Assembly (NCBI GenBank): GCA_964016885.1
Contig: OZ024740.1
Location: 49,538,001-49,602,000 of the forward strand
Reading direction: 5' to 3'
From: Eledone cirrhosa
Taxonomy: Eukaryota
Length of the DNA stretch: 64,000 nt
Shown: positions 53,676 through 64,000 of the stretch, piece by piece
Numbering within the stretch: position 1 is the first letter of the stretch
Layout: the number at the start of each line of letters is the position of its first letter
Program-made: the position numbers and the translations under genes
The notes under the pieces: generated by a model
Databases searched by the model: none
What the model saw: the letters and a program-made list of their open reading frames with translations, nothing else
Told to the model about the DNA's origin: nothing

Positions 53676-54825
53676 TCTTCATCGCCAACTTATTCCTAAG
53701 AGTGTCCTGAGGGCAGAGTCCTCAAACACTCCTTCTAGCAGGTCCAGTCAGAAGCAAGCATCTCCAACTGATTCAGCTGGATCCCCAAACGAGAACAGCC
53801 AAGTTAATGCATGTTATCCAACCATCTTGCTCGAGGTTTACATCTGCGGGTTGGTTTTACCCATAAAATCTGTCCATCGATTCTTTCCTGAAACATTCTA
53901 ACCCCATGACCATAGTATCGGGGCTATGATATCTCAATTCTGAGAAATAGCGGCTCTACCTGGAGTGATTCTCTAGTCTCCGAGCTACGCACTCTATTGA
54001 GTAACGTTACTCTAACGACCTTTCGGAGGAGTGCCATTTCGGCCACTTGTATTCGCGATCATATTCTTTTGGTAATTACTGAATGCTGAAACTGGCGTAT
54101 TACTGCACCAGCTCCTGCAATTCTTACACTTAGTTCAGCCTTCTGCCTTCTATCACTCGTGAACACGTCCCCCAGATACTTGAACTTTTCCACCTACTTC
54201 AGTGGAATTCCGTTCACAAATAGAGTGTACGGCACAGGCTTCTTGAGAGGACGGATGTCTCAATTTTTGCAGCATTGATTTTCATTCCAGCCATTCAGCA
54301 CTCAGCATCAAACCTATCAAGTGCAAATCGAAGATCACCTTCTGTCGTAACAACATATCGTCTACAACCTCCAACCGACTGATTCTACTCTTACCCGTTG
54401 TGATACTACTTCCAACTCGGCTGCGTATGTCAATCCTGTTCATGAAAATAATTATCAGGCGATGTGACAGTACTCACTCTTGGCGGAGTCCGACTCCCAC
54501 ATTGAATGGTTTCAATTTAGCACTATTTATCCGAGCACAGTTACTCGGGTATTCATATAGCGATATCAGGGCTGCAAAAGCTGACCATCGATCACAGACT
54601 CCTGCAGAAACCTCCACAGCAGGTCCTGTGGAACGCGGTCATACGCTTTTTCGAGGTCTACAAAACAAGAATATATCACTTACTAATACTTCCACAATTT
54701 GGTCGTCTGTGCTGCGTCCGGGGGAAAACTGCACTGTTCATCAGCTAGCTTGGACTCGGCAATCTCCCTACATCTCTTTGCTAGACACTTAACATAGGCT
54801 TAACCGGAGAATCTTAAGGTTGCTT
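53676..54825 (-). mobile_element. Degraded RTE/Expander-like LINE (RT to 3' end)
   Basis: Reverse-complement homology to 24070-24820, including segments missing there. Confidence 0.8.
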
Positions 54826-54829
54826 TCAA

Positions 54830-55682
54830 AAATTGACGATGGTGAATGATTTGAAGGCTTTGGTGGAAGCAAATCCTCCCACAACAGTTCGAGATCTTGC
54901 AAGAGAGCAAGATGTAAACAATGGGACAATTTATGAACATTTAAACTGAACTGGAAATTCGAAGAAGCTTGAAAAAGGGGTGTCACATGAATTGCCCGAA
55001 AACCTGATACATCGTTGCTATGAAGTCTGCTCTTTGCTTTTTTTTTGCACAACAACCACCCGTTTCTTGATCGCATTGTGACGTGCGGTGAAAAGTAGAT
55101 CCTATACAACCGACGAGATGGTTGCATCAAAACAAAGGGCTTAAAACCTTTTCAAAGCCGAAAATGCACAAAAAAAAATAAATAAATGAAACTATGATGA
55201 TTGTGTGGAGGTCCATTACAGCTTTCTGAATCTTGACAAAATAATCACAGGACAGAAGTATTTTCACAGAATCAATAGCATTCATAATCAATCTAGCATT
55301 GATCTATAGAAAAATTCCAATTTTCGTGCACGGCAACGCTCGACTACATATCCCACAACCAACGCTCAAAATATTGAACAAGTTAGAGTACATAAATTTC
55401 TTTTTCATCCTTACTGGATTTTTAGCTAACTGACTACTAAGTTTTCAAGTATTTTGACTACTTCAACAACTAAAAAGCTGTAAAAAATGCTTTAGAAGAA
55501 CTTATCACCTCTGGAACACCAGAATTATATTTAACCGGAATAAATACATATGCGTTTTGTTGGCAAATGCGTCTAGATTCTAATGGTTTTTATTTCGATC
55601 AATGAAGTATATTCTGGACTGAGATATTTAGTTTTAAATTTAATGTTTAAAAACCTGCATACATTTCTGAATAACTCGATAT
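54830..55682 (+). mobile_element. Degraded mariner (Tc1/mariner) DNA transposon, 3' part
   Basis: VEANPPTTVRDLA, VSHEL (WVPHEL-like), FLDRIVTCGEK, HGNARLH and a TDY motif, ending in a mariner-TIR-like aaaaacctgcatacatttctgaataactcgata. Confidence 0.75.
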
Positions 55683-55928
55683 TATTTCATATAATCTGAT
55701 TTATAAAAACAACAACAATAATACATATAATGTAGACGAATAGAAAGTAGTATTTAAAAAAATATTCTATATTTTCAACGCGGCTTCTAGACAAAAATAA
55801 AGTATCTTTATTGCAACATTGAATATCTTTAGGTTTCGTGGTATCACGCAGCTATCACCTGACTTTAAAGATATATATTTTTTTCAATTTTTCAATTGAA
55901 TGTATATATGTAAATAACTACAGGTTTG

Positions 55929-55977
<49 letters not shown>

Positions 55978-55981
<4 letters not shown>

Positions 55982-56444
55982 TGTATATATAGTGTATTTT
56001 GCAATACACTGTATGCTTAATTAAAAGCATTTCGAAGACCTTATGCTATTGTTTTAGAGTAGTGACAGTCTCACTTACTTTAATTTTCAGCAAACATATA
56101 TATACATTCATATATATATATAGCTATTTCAGAGCACCAATTTCATAATTTTCAATTTCTGCTTGACCCGCAACCGCTCTGTATAATCAGTTCCTGATTA
56201 TTTACTAGAATTCTATAAGAATCAAACATCCATGATTTTCAGCAAACAGTAGGCTTTGATAAGCATAAAAAAATGCGAAACAGGGCCATGTCAGCCCTGT
56301 TTGCTGAAAATTAAAGTAAGTGAGACTGTCACTGCTCTAAAACAATAGCATAAGATCTTCGAAATGCCTTTAATTAAGCATACAGTGTATTGCAAAATAC
56401 ACTATATATACATTCATATATATATAGCTATTTCAGAGCACCAA

Positions 56445-56450
<6 letters not shown>
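55978..56450. mobile_element. Fold-back hammerhead cassette between (TA)n tracts (Penelope pseudo-LTR-like)
   Basis: 55978-56096 is inverted at about 56298-56416. The segment catatatatatatagctatttcagagcaccaatt is duplicated at about 56109 and 56415. Homologous to 25062-25385. Confidence 0.75.
56235..56311 (+). ncRNA. Type I hammerhead motif with a U3-A8 core and extended stem I
   Basis: ggct-TTGATAA-gcat aaaaaa atgc-GAAA-ca gggcca tg-TC-agcc. The flanks attttcagcaaacag and ctgtttgctgaaaat pair perfectly (15 bp). Confidence 0.78.
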
Positions 56451-56509
<59 letters not shown>

Positions 56510-56637
56510 GTGAGGTTTTTTACAAAATGAAAAATAACCGAGGTGTCCTACACGAGTGAAAGTATAAAGAAAAAAAGATGAAATCGAAAATGCAACTGAA
56601 GTCTTATTTAAAAAAATATATATATATTTATTTGGTT

Positions 56638-56674
56638 CCTTTACCGGTTTCGCAGTTCTTCTGCTTTTCAAAAG
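56638..56674 (-). ncRNA. Minimal hammerhead motif with a U3-A8 core
   Basis: Minus strand: ctt-TTGAAAA-gcag aagaa ctgc-GAAA-ccgg-TA-aag. Confidence 0.7.
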
Positions 56675-56711
56675 TAGAGTTGAGATGGAGGGTCTGTGGT
56701 TTTTCTCACAT

Positions 56712-56754
56712 CTCGTGATTTTTGCTCTAATCTGATTAGAGCAAAAATCACGAG
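56712..56754. repeat. Perfect 21-bp inverted repeat with a 1-nt spacer
   Basis: ctcgtgatttttgctctaatc-t-gattagagcaaaaatcacgag. Confidence 0.9.
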
Positions 56755-56949
56755 CACTCTATCTCAAAATTATTTTTGAAAACCAATCGGTAAAAACTTA
56801 AAACTAAAACTGAATACTAACTAATACTAATTATTAATTTATACTTATTCCTAATTAAACTATTTTTCACTGGGAAAAATTCGTCATCATTTTCTTTTCC
56901 TTTTTACTAATATATCACAACTCGTGTTTCACACCTATTTTTTAAAATA

Positions 56950-56988
<39 letters not shown>

Positions 56989-56989
<1 letters not shown>

Positions 56990-57054
56990 AGCTGAAGATC
57001 CGCATAAGGTGAAATAAATGTTCTCAGTATGGTCAACTAACTGTTGTGTTACTA

Positions 57055-57058
<4 letters not shown>
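56989..57058 (+). ncRNA. 70-bp hammerhead cassette, same family as 8771-8840
   Basis: ag-CTGAAGA-tcc gcataa ggt-GAAA-taaatg-TT-ct...aactaactgttgtg, between (TA)n tracts. Confidence 0.55.
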
Positions 57059-57122
<64 letters not shown>

Positions 57123-57180
57123 AGTCCAGAATTACCCGTCGAAACGGCTTGAGCTCAGCCGTCGGGGTCCTACTCGTTCC

Positions 57181-57233
<53 letters not shown>

Positions 57234-57423
57234 CTAAGTAGTGAGTCATGTTACTCTGGTGTTTTGCCTATTTATCACAGGGTCATCAGTCAAGTACTTG
57301 ACGTTGTGTTAAACAAGCGAAACGTCAGCGTAATAAAACTCACTATTTAGCCTTAATAAAATTAATATTTAAACTTTACTTCGGTATTGAGTAGTTTTTT
57401 TTATCTCAGCTGTCAACCACACA

Positions 57424-57461
<38 letters not shown>

Positions 57462-57989
57462 GAAAAGATGAATATAAAATGAAAGTGCTTTTATAAAGGA
57501 ATTTATTAGGTATTGACATATGTTTCTGTAACAGACCGAATACCTATGTATCACTGCTTGCGTAATCATATAATGTTAGCAAGTATTCGATAGCAAATGT
57601 ATAATCAGTTGTCACTTCTTCAGAGATATTGGATAAATTTGAAAAAATCAGAAAAATTAAATATTTATATTAGTTGTAAGAAAGGAAGAAGAGAAGGGAT
57701 AGTATATGACAGATGGCAATTCAATTTGCTGGTAAACAAGTATATAGAAGGTTTTTAATGAGAATACAATGAGTATATGGCTTATTTTATCTAAATAAGA
57801 ATTTTTGGGAGTGCTTATTTTAATCTATATTTGACCAATTGAACAATGGACAGGGCTGGTCGTTTGGTGTAGTAGTATTAATCTGTATTTGTATTAATAC
57901 TGCCTATATTTGACCGGTAGTAGTTGTTAAGATACGGGTCCCTTAGAATAAATTTTTTTCGCGACATTCCTGGCCTGACTGTAATACCG

Positions 57990-58195
57990 ACCTTTCCTCC
58001 TCTTTCTTTCTGTCTTTCTTCTTATAGCTGACATTAACCCTGACTTCTCTTCTTCTTCCTTCCCCCTTCTTCTCTCTTCTTTCTTTCTTTCTTTCTTTTC
58101 CCTTCCCCCTTCTTCTCTCTTCTTTCTTTCTTTCTTTCTTTTCCCTTCCCCATTCTTCTTTCTTCTTTCTTTCTTTCTTTCTTTCTTTTTTCTTT
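57990..58195. repeat. Polypyrimidine (CTTT/CTT) low-complexity tract
   Basis: Directly visible. Confidence 0.85.
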
Positions 58196-58394
58196 GGCAT
58201 GATATTGACGATGACTTATGTTCCTATCCCTTTCTGTTTTCCTTTATTTAACCGGTAGTAGCACACTGTAAGCTTTAGCCACGTCACTTGAGGGCGACCG
58301 GCAAAGGTGGAAGATGCTGGATGGCGGTCGTCCTCGGGTCTTTGATTTTCAGCCCCATGGATTTTATCTATTACATTCACTTATTATATTTCGA

Positions 58395-58452
58395 ATACCT
58401 GATGATATCACCGGATTCATACGGAACCCGGTCATTGAAATGATCATAGTAT
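58395..58452 (+). ncRNA. Minimal type I hammerhead ribozyme motif
   Basis: atac-CTGATGA-t atc accgg...ccggt cat t-GAAA-tgatca-TA-gtat, then AATAAA. Stem III is palindromic. Confidence 0.78.
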
Positions 58453-58571
58453 AATAAACCTTTCAAGGATTTACACAAGTCCAGCCTCCTGTCATTTCAT
58501 TATAATATTTAACTCCGTACTAGCACCACCAACTACAAAAAAACAAAGACGGTTGAACTGCTTTACGTTGA

Positions 58572-59790
58572 GTACTCTCCATATTATTACATTAAGATTG
58601 ACCATACGGAATTGACCAGCTCTATCCAGTGGTGAAACTCAAACCTGAATAAATAATGCTCCTGAAATGTTGAGTACTTCCAAATGTAATAATGAACAGC
58701 GGCATGGGACTGAATATATCTAACCACCATTCGGATTTTGGCTACTCAGTGTTTTTGCCTACCGCCCACGTGGCCCATTGCTACTTCCCTCTCAGAATAT
58801 TCAGACTTCGACGAAATTCTACGGATTATACCACAACATGTATTGTACTCTACTGTAGTGACTAAATTCGCTACCCTATACTTCAGGGCCTGTGTAACTC
58901 ACACTGAATTCTCAGACTCGAACACACACTGATTCCATGTCCACATCTATATGAATTATCTGACTGCAACTTGAACTATATTGTATTTCTCCTGTGTTTT
59001 GATCTCTCCATTTACTCCACCACCACTCTTGTTTGTTTGTTTATATCTTTATATCTTTCTACCTTTGCTGTATTAATGTTTTTTCCACGTATTCTACTTC
59101 TATACATCCATGTAGCTTTTACTCCTCTTATTCTGACTTTTATTCGCGTGCACCCATTAGCACACGACACTAGAATGTCTCCCCCTGGGAACATAAATAC
59201 TGCAACCTGAACTATATTGTATTACTCCTATGTCTTGATTTCTTCATCTTACTCCACCACCACCACTCTTGTTGGTTTATTTATATATTTATACCTTTGC
59301 TTTATTAATGTGCTTTTCCACGTATTCTACTTCTATGTGTCCATGTATTTCTACTCCTCTTATTGGAACTTTTACTCACTTGTACCCATTAGCACACGAC
59401 ACTAGAATGTCTTCCCCTGAGAACAAAAATAAATATTACCCGATTATATCCCTGACTCTACATCCCACTAGGATAACTTCTAGAGGATCTATATAATACA
59501 ATTAACGTTTCTTCATAAAAGACTCTCTTTAACTAAACCCCGCAACCCAAAACCTTAAAAAAGTTTTTTAAATGTTTAATTTTCAATTTTCTATTTGTTC
59601 AATTCTCAATCTTCTTACTCTTTAATTTTATAATGTTATTCTGAATTCTTTCAATTTCATCCTATAAATCTAAACAATATTTTAACGTTCCAACTTTCTG
59701 TCGGACTGTTGGGTTGGTACTCTCCATATTATTACATTAAAATTGACCATACGGAATCGACCAGCTCTATCCAGTGGTGAACCTCAAACC

Positions 59791-59796
<6 letters not shown>
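58572..59796 (+). repeat. 80-bp direct repeats 1145 bp apart, enclosing a diverged 236-bp tandem duplication
   Basis: gtactctccatattattac...caaacctgaata at 58572-58651 and 59717-59796; actgcaac..gaactatattgtatt units start at 58963 and 59199. Confidence 0.85.
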
Positions 59797-59829
<33 letters not shown>

Positions 59830-59831
<2 letters not shown>

Positions 59832-61520
59832 TAGTGGTGTGGCGCGCAGAGCTCAACACGGCCGAAGCCCTCAGGCAGCTCTGTAACCCCCTCTTTTACC
59901 GCACTCTACCCTCCGATCCCACCCCCTCTACCAACAAGTCTCCTCTACCATCAAAGACCTTATCGCCTCCTCCCTCCTCCCCCCACCGCTTCCCACTTCA
60001 TCGTCCGCACCCCCCGCACCCCCACCATCTACTTCCTCCCCAAACTCCACAAACCCGACAACCCCGGCTGCCCCATCGTCTCCGCTTGCAACTGCCCCAC
60101 CGAACTCATCTCCGCCTTTCTCGACTCCATCCTCGCCCCCCTTGTCACCACCCTCCCCTCCCACATCTCCGACACCAACCACGCCCTGCGCCTTTTCGAC
60201 TCCTTCCCCTACCCACCCGGCCCACAGCCCTTCCTCTTCACCCTAGACATCAAGTCCCTCTATACCGTCATCCCCACGCCGACGGCCTACGCGCCCTCAA
60301 ACACTACCTCGACCTTCGCCCCTCCCCCATTCCCTCCACCCCCACCCTCCTTCGCCTCGCCGAGCTGGTCCTCACCCTGAATTGTTTCTCCTTCTCGGGT
60401 GAGTTTTACCAACAGGTCACGGGGGTAGCCATGGGTACAAGAATGGGCCCGAACTATGCCAACCTTTTTGTTGGCCATGTTGAGGCCCAAATCTTTGCCC
60501 AGTACACCGGCCCCACGCCCGAACTGTACGGTCGTTACATTGACGACTGTATCGGAGCCACGACCCTCACCCGAGAACAGCTCGACTCCTTTCTCTCCTT
60601 CTTCTGCTCCTTCCACCCCTCCCTCCACTTCACCACCTCTATCTCCACCACCCACGTCCACTTCTTAGACATCTCCGTCGCCTTCGGCCCCTCCCACCAC
60701 TCCCTCGTCACCTCCGCCTTCTTCAAACCCACCGACTCTCACTCTTACCTCGACTTCACCTCTTCCCACCCCACCCACACTAAACACTCCATTCCCTACT
60801 CCCAACTTCTCAGGATCCGCCGCCTCTGTAGCCGAGATGCTGACTTTGAGTCCCAGGCCCTTTCCCTAGTCAGCCATTTCATCCGCAGAGGTTACCCCCC
60901 TCTCTCGTCCACACCGCTCTCACCCGCGCCCGTGCTGTCCCCCGCTCCACCACCCTCACCCCACGCCACCGCACACCCACCCACCGTCTTCCCTTCCCCT
61001 TCCCCATCACCTACCACCCCTCCACCTCCCACATCTTCCCAACCCCACCACTCCCCTCCTTCAAACGCGCACGCAATCTCCGCACCCTCCTCGCCCACAG
61101 CTCCCTACCCCCCAACCCACGCTCTGTCCCCCCCCCCCGGTTCCTTTCCCTATTCTAGGCCCCGCTGCAACCCCTGTCCCCACATCACCAACACCACCAC
61201 CTTCCAGGGTCCCAACGGCCACTCGCTCTCTGTCCGGCATGCCTTCCGCTGCACCTCCTCCAACCTATTCTACGGACTTATGTCGGACAGACGGGACGTC
61301 GCCTGGCGGACCGATTCACTGAGCACCTCCGGGATATTCGTCTCGGGGGTAGTTCCCCCATCGCCCGCCACTTTGGTGGCCCTGGACATTCCGCACGCCA
61401 TCTCACAGTCTGTGGCCTACTCCAGTGCCACGGAACACCCGCCAATCGCCTTAGGGTCGAACAACGAACTATCTTCATCTTACAGACCCACACTTCCCCC
61501 GGCCTGAACTCCCCACCCTT
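59830..61520 (+). pseudogene. Penelope RT and GIY-YIG ORF, frameshifted
   Basis: IYFLPKLHKPDNPGCPIVS, LDIKSLYT, GVAMGTRMGPNYANLF, YGRYIDD, FLDI, KPTDSHSYL, CTSSNL...YVGQTGRRLADRFTEH. Several frameshifts and a short deletion between the GIY and YIG motifs. Confidence 0.88.
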
Positions 61521-63020
61521 ATTCCTTTAGCCTTCGACCGCCCCCCTCCCCCCACACTTATCCCCCACACACCACTAACACACCCCTCCTTTTCTCCGCC
61601 CACCCCACAACTAACAATACTAACACCTCCACTCCACCCCTCATCTGACCACCCTTCCCCAACTAACATACTAACATCCCTCCCTTCTTCTCCTCCTCCC
61701 CCTCCTTATCACACGCACACACCGACCGGCACATATATACACGCGCTCACACTAAACACACACCCTACTACCACCACTAACCCTCACCCCCACACCTCTC
61801 ACCCCCACACCTCCATCCCACCACCCCACAACTAACCTCACTAACACCCCCTAACCCCAAGCACACGAACACACGCACCCACTTACACCACCCACCCCAC
61901 ACGCAACTAACATCACTAACACCCCCAACCCCACGCACACGTGCCCACACACCCTCGTACACCACCAACTCTACACACCCTACCACCACTAACCCCCACT
62001 CACACCTGCATTCAACCCCTCCCCACCTCCCGTATATTAACACCCACTAACACCCCTTCATCAAACTACACTCACACCAGTACACCACACTCCCTCCATA
62101 GAACCACACACACCCTTCTCTCCCCGCTCCACCCACACCCTCGCTCCAGACTCACTCATCCCACTAACACCTCTACTAATACACACACACACACCCTCCT
62201 CACTCCAACTTTCACACCTACCCATCCTCGCCCCTTTACCAATCCACCGACTGCTGCTATGCCCTCTGACCACCTCCCAGCACAAACAGACACACAGCAC
62301 TCCCACTGCTTGACCACTTCCTGTTGCGCGCGCACCCCACATCTCTCCTCTTCCGACCATCGCTTCATGGAATACTCGCACGCAGAAATTGACCACCACA
62401 GAATCCACTAAACACCTTCGGATTTTACCAACTTTTCAACCATCCTCTTACGTAATCACCTATATAACTCACCCACATACACACCCCCAAACATTTTTTT
62501 CTCCACACGCCACCTACACCCACAACACGCTTAAACCCCACACACACGTGCTTTCCACCACATATTTACACCCTCAGCCTCCTGATTCCTCTCCCCCCAC
62601 CCCTCTATCCACACACGCACAGACACTCCGACCCCCCCCCCCACACCTCTTCCTGAACATGCAACCCCGTTCTTCCCCCAACCCTTACTTTCACATACAC
62701 ACACACACACACACACGTACACCTACACACACACACCACCTTCAGCCCTCCCCGCTCGGACACCCCGTCTCCCTCTCCCCACTCCACCCACCACCACCCC
62801 TACAGACCCCACACACTTCCACCACCTGTTTTACCCCCCTTTTAATTTCAGTTTATTTTGATCATGCTTCTATATTTAAATTTATTTCATTCCTTGTATT
62901 TTGATCATGCTTTATTTTTAATTTTATTTTTATTTTTTTCATTCGCACCGTATCCTTTCGCTATATGTCTCTCCACCACTCCCCTACACACCCTTTGAAC
63001 TCTGTTCCCACACACTTCTC

Positions 63021-63052
63021 ACCTGAGGAAGGGCTTATGCCCGAAACGTCGT
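63021..63052 (+). ncRNA. Minimal hammerhead motif in the Penelope 3' pseudo-LTR
   Basis: ac-CTGAGGA-a-gggc ttat gccc-GAAA-cg-TC-gt. Confidence 0.72.
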
Positions 63053-63140
63053 CCCCCACCAACACCCCACTCTCCAGAGCGTGAAATTAATAAACATTCG
63101 TTGTACTGCCTCTCTGTTTTGTCCCTGTTCAAATTTTTCC

Positions 63141-63257
<117 letters not shown>

Positions 63258-63883
63258 GGCACACTCTTCTAAGAGTATTGTAATCGCTTGTCAGATTATA
63301 GTTTGGTGTACATTTAGGTTACCACCAGCCACACGAACCTGTAACATATCCTGAACAAGCAATGCCCGCACTTTGAAGGTTTTTTAAGTGGGGAAAGCCC
63401 TTGCACTCGACCAATCCAACTCTCTGAGCATCGAAAACATTACCCGAAAAGGAAAACTAGTCAGCATCATCGGATGCTTCCGGCGCCACATATTTTTTTC
63501 AGAGTTTCCCTCTCTTGTATTGAAAGAATGCCCACTTAAGACAATGTAGTCAGTTCAAACTGCTTACGCAATCCTTATTAGATGCACTTGCGGTTTGCGA
63601 ATGCGTAATTGTAACTTATGACAGTACGATATATGGAGATCAGAAAGCGTTGCGGTTCGGATAAGAAACTACTTATTTTCCTTTTGGTATTCGTTGTTGT
63701 TGTTATATATTGTAATTGTCATACATGCGGTCAATATTTTATTCATCTTATTAGAGTGTTTCCCTCTAATATCGTAATCAATCCACTTTGATGTAAGGAA
63801 TTTATTTCTCGCATCATTCAGTGTCATGGGACTACTTCAAATAATTTGACTTTTATTGGTGATGCGCAAATACAACTCCAATG

Positions 63884-63908
63884 TACTACTACTACTACAA
63901 CTCCAATG

Positions 63909-64000
<92 letters not shown>
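63884..64000. repeat. (CTA)n microsatellite running off the end of the window
   Basis: Directly visible; caactccaatgtactact is duplicated at its start. Confidence 0.95.

Larger units (their letters stand above)
59830..63140 (+). mobile_element. 5'-truncated Penelope-like element (RT, GIY-YIG endonuclease, C-rich 3' region, pseudo-LTR with hammerhead) inserted in (TA)n
   Basis: Protein motifs below, a hammerhead at 63021, AATAAA near 63089, and (TA)n at both ends. Confidence 0.88.

Noticed and set aside
57120-57300. Partial hammerhead-like pieces (GAAA-cggc...gccg-TC on plus; CTGATGA on minus near 57280)
   Set aside because: Each lacks the other half of the catalytic core.
61777-62904. His/Thr/Pro-rich and Gly/Val-rich ORFs
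   Set aside because: By-products of the C/A-skewed low-complexity 3' region of the Penelope-like element.

Overview
AT-rich, microsatellite-dense eukaryotic DNA with no recognisable host gene. A cephalopod (Octopus-like) origin is inferred from the SINE families and microsatellite spectrum. Nearly all coding signal is transposon-derived: (1) two young, full-length, head-to-tail Tx1-clade LINEs and a 5'-truncated R4/Dong-type RT-RLE element stacked in one (AAT)n/(TTA)n microsatellite (27.6-42.1 kb); (2) a Penelope-like element (RT + GIY-YIG, 59.8-63.1 kb); (3) relics of R4/Dong, Tx1, RTE, CRE-like, Naiad-like and mariner elements, plus tRNA-type SINEs. The main observation is non-coding. A 4.7-kb tandem array at 46.0-50.8 kb has ten alternating 422/420-bp units plus a fold-back inverted copy, and every unit carries a type I hammerhead ribozyme motif with a long extended stem I. 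This architecture suggests a retrozyme (ribozyme satellite / circular RNA) element. A second, unrelated 541-bp terminally redundant hammerhead monomer lies just upstream. About a dozen more hammerhead motifs, two with the compensatory U3-A8 core, sit in short cassettes, most of them next to (TA)n tracts. All structures were read by eye; ribozyme activity and transcription are inferred, not shown.
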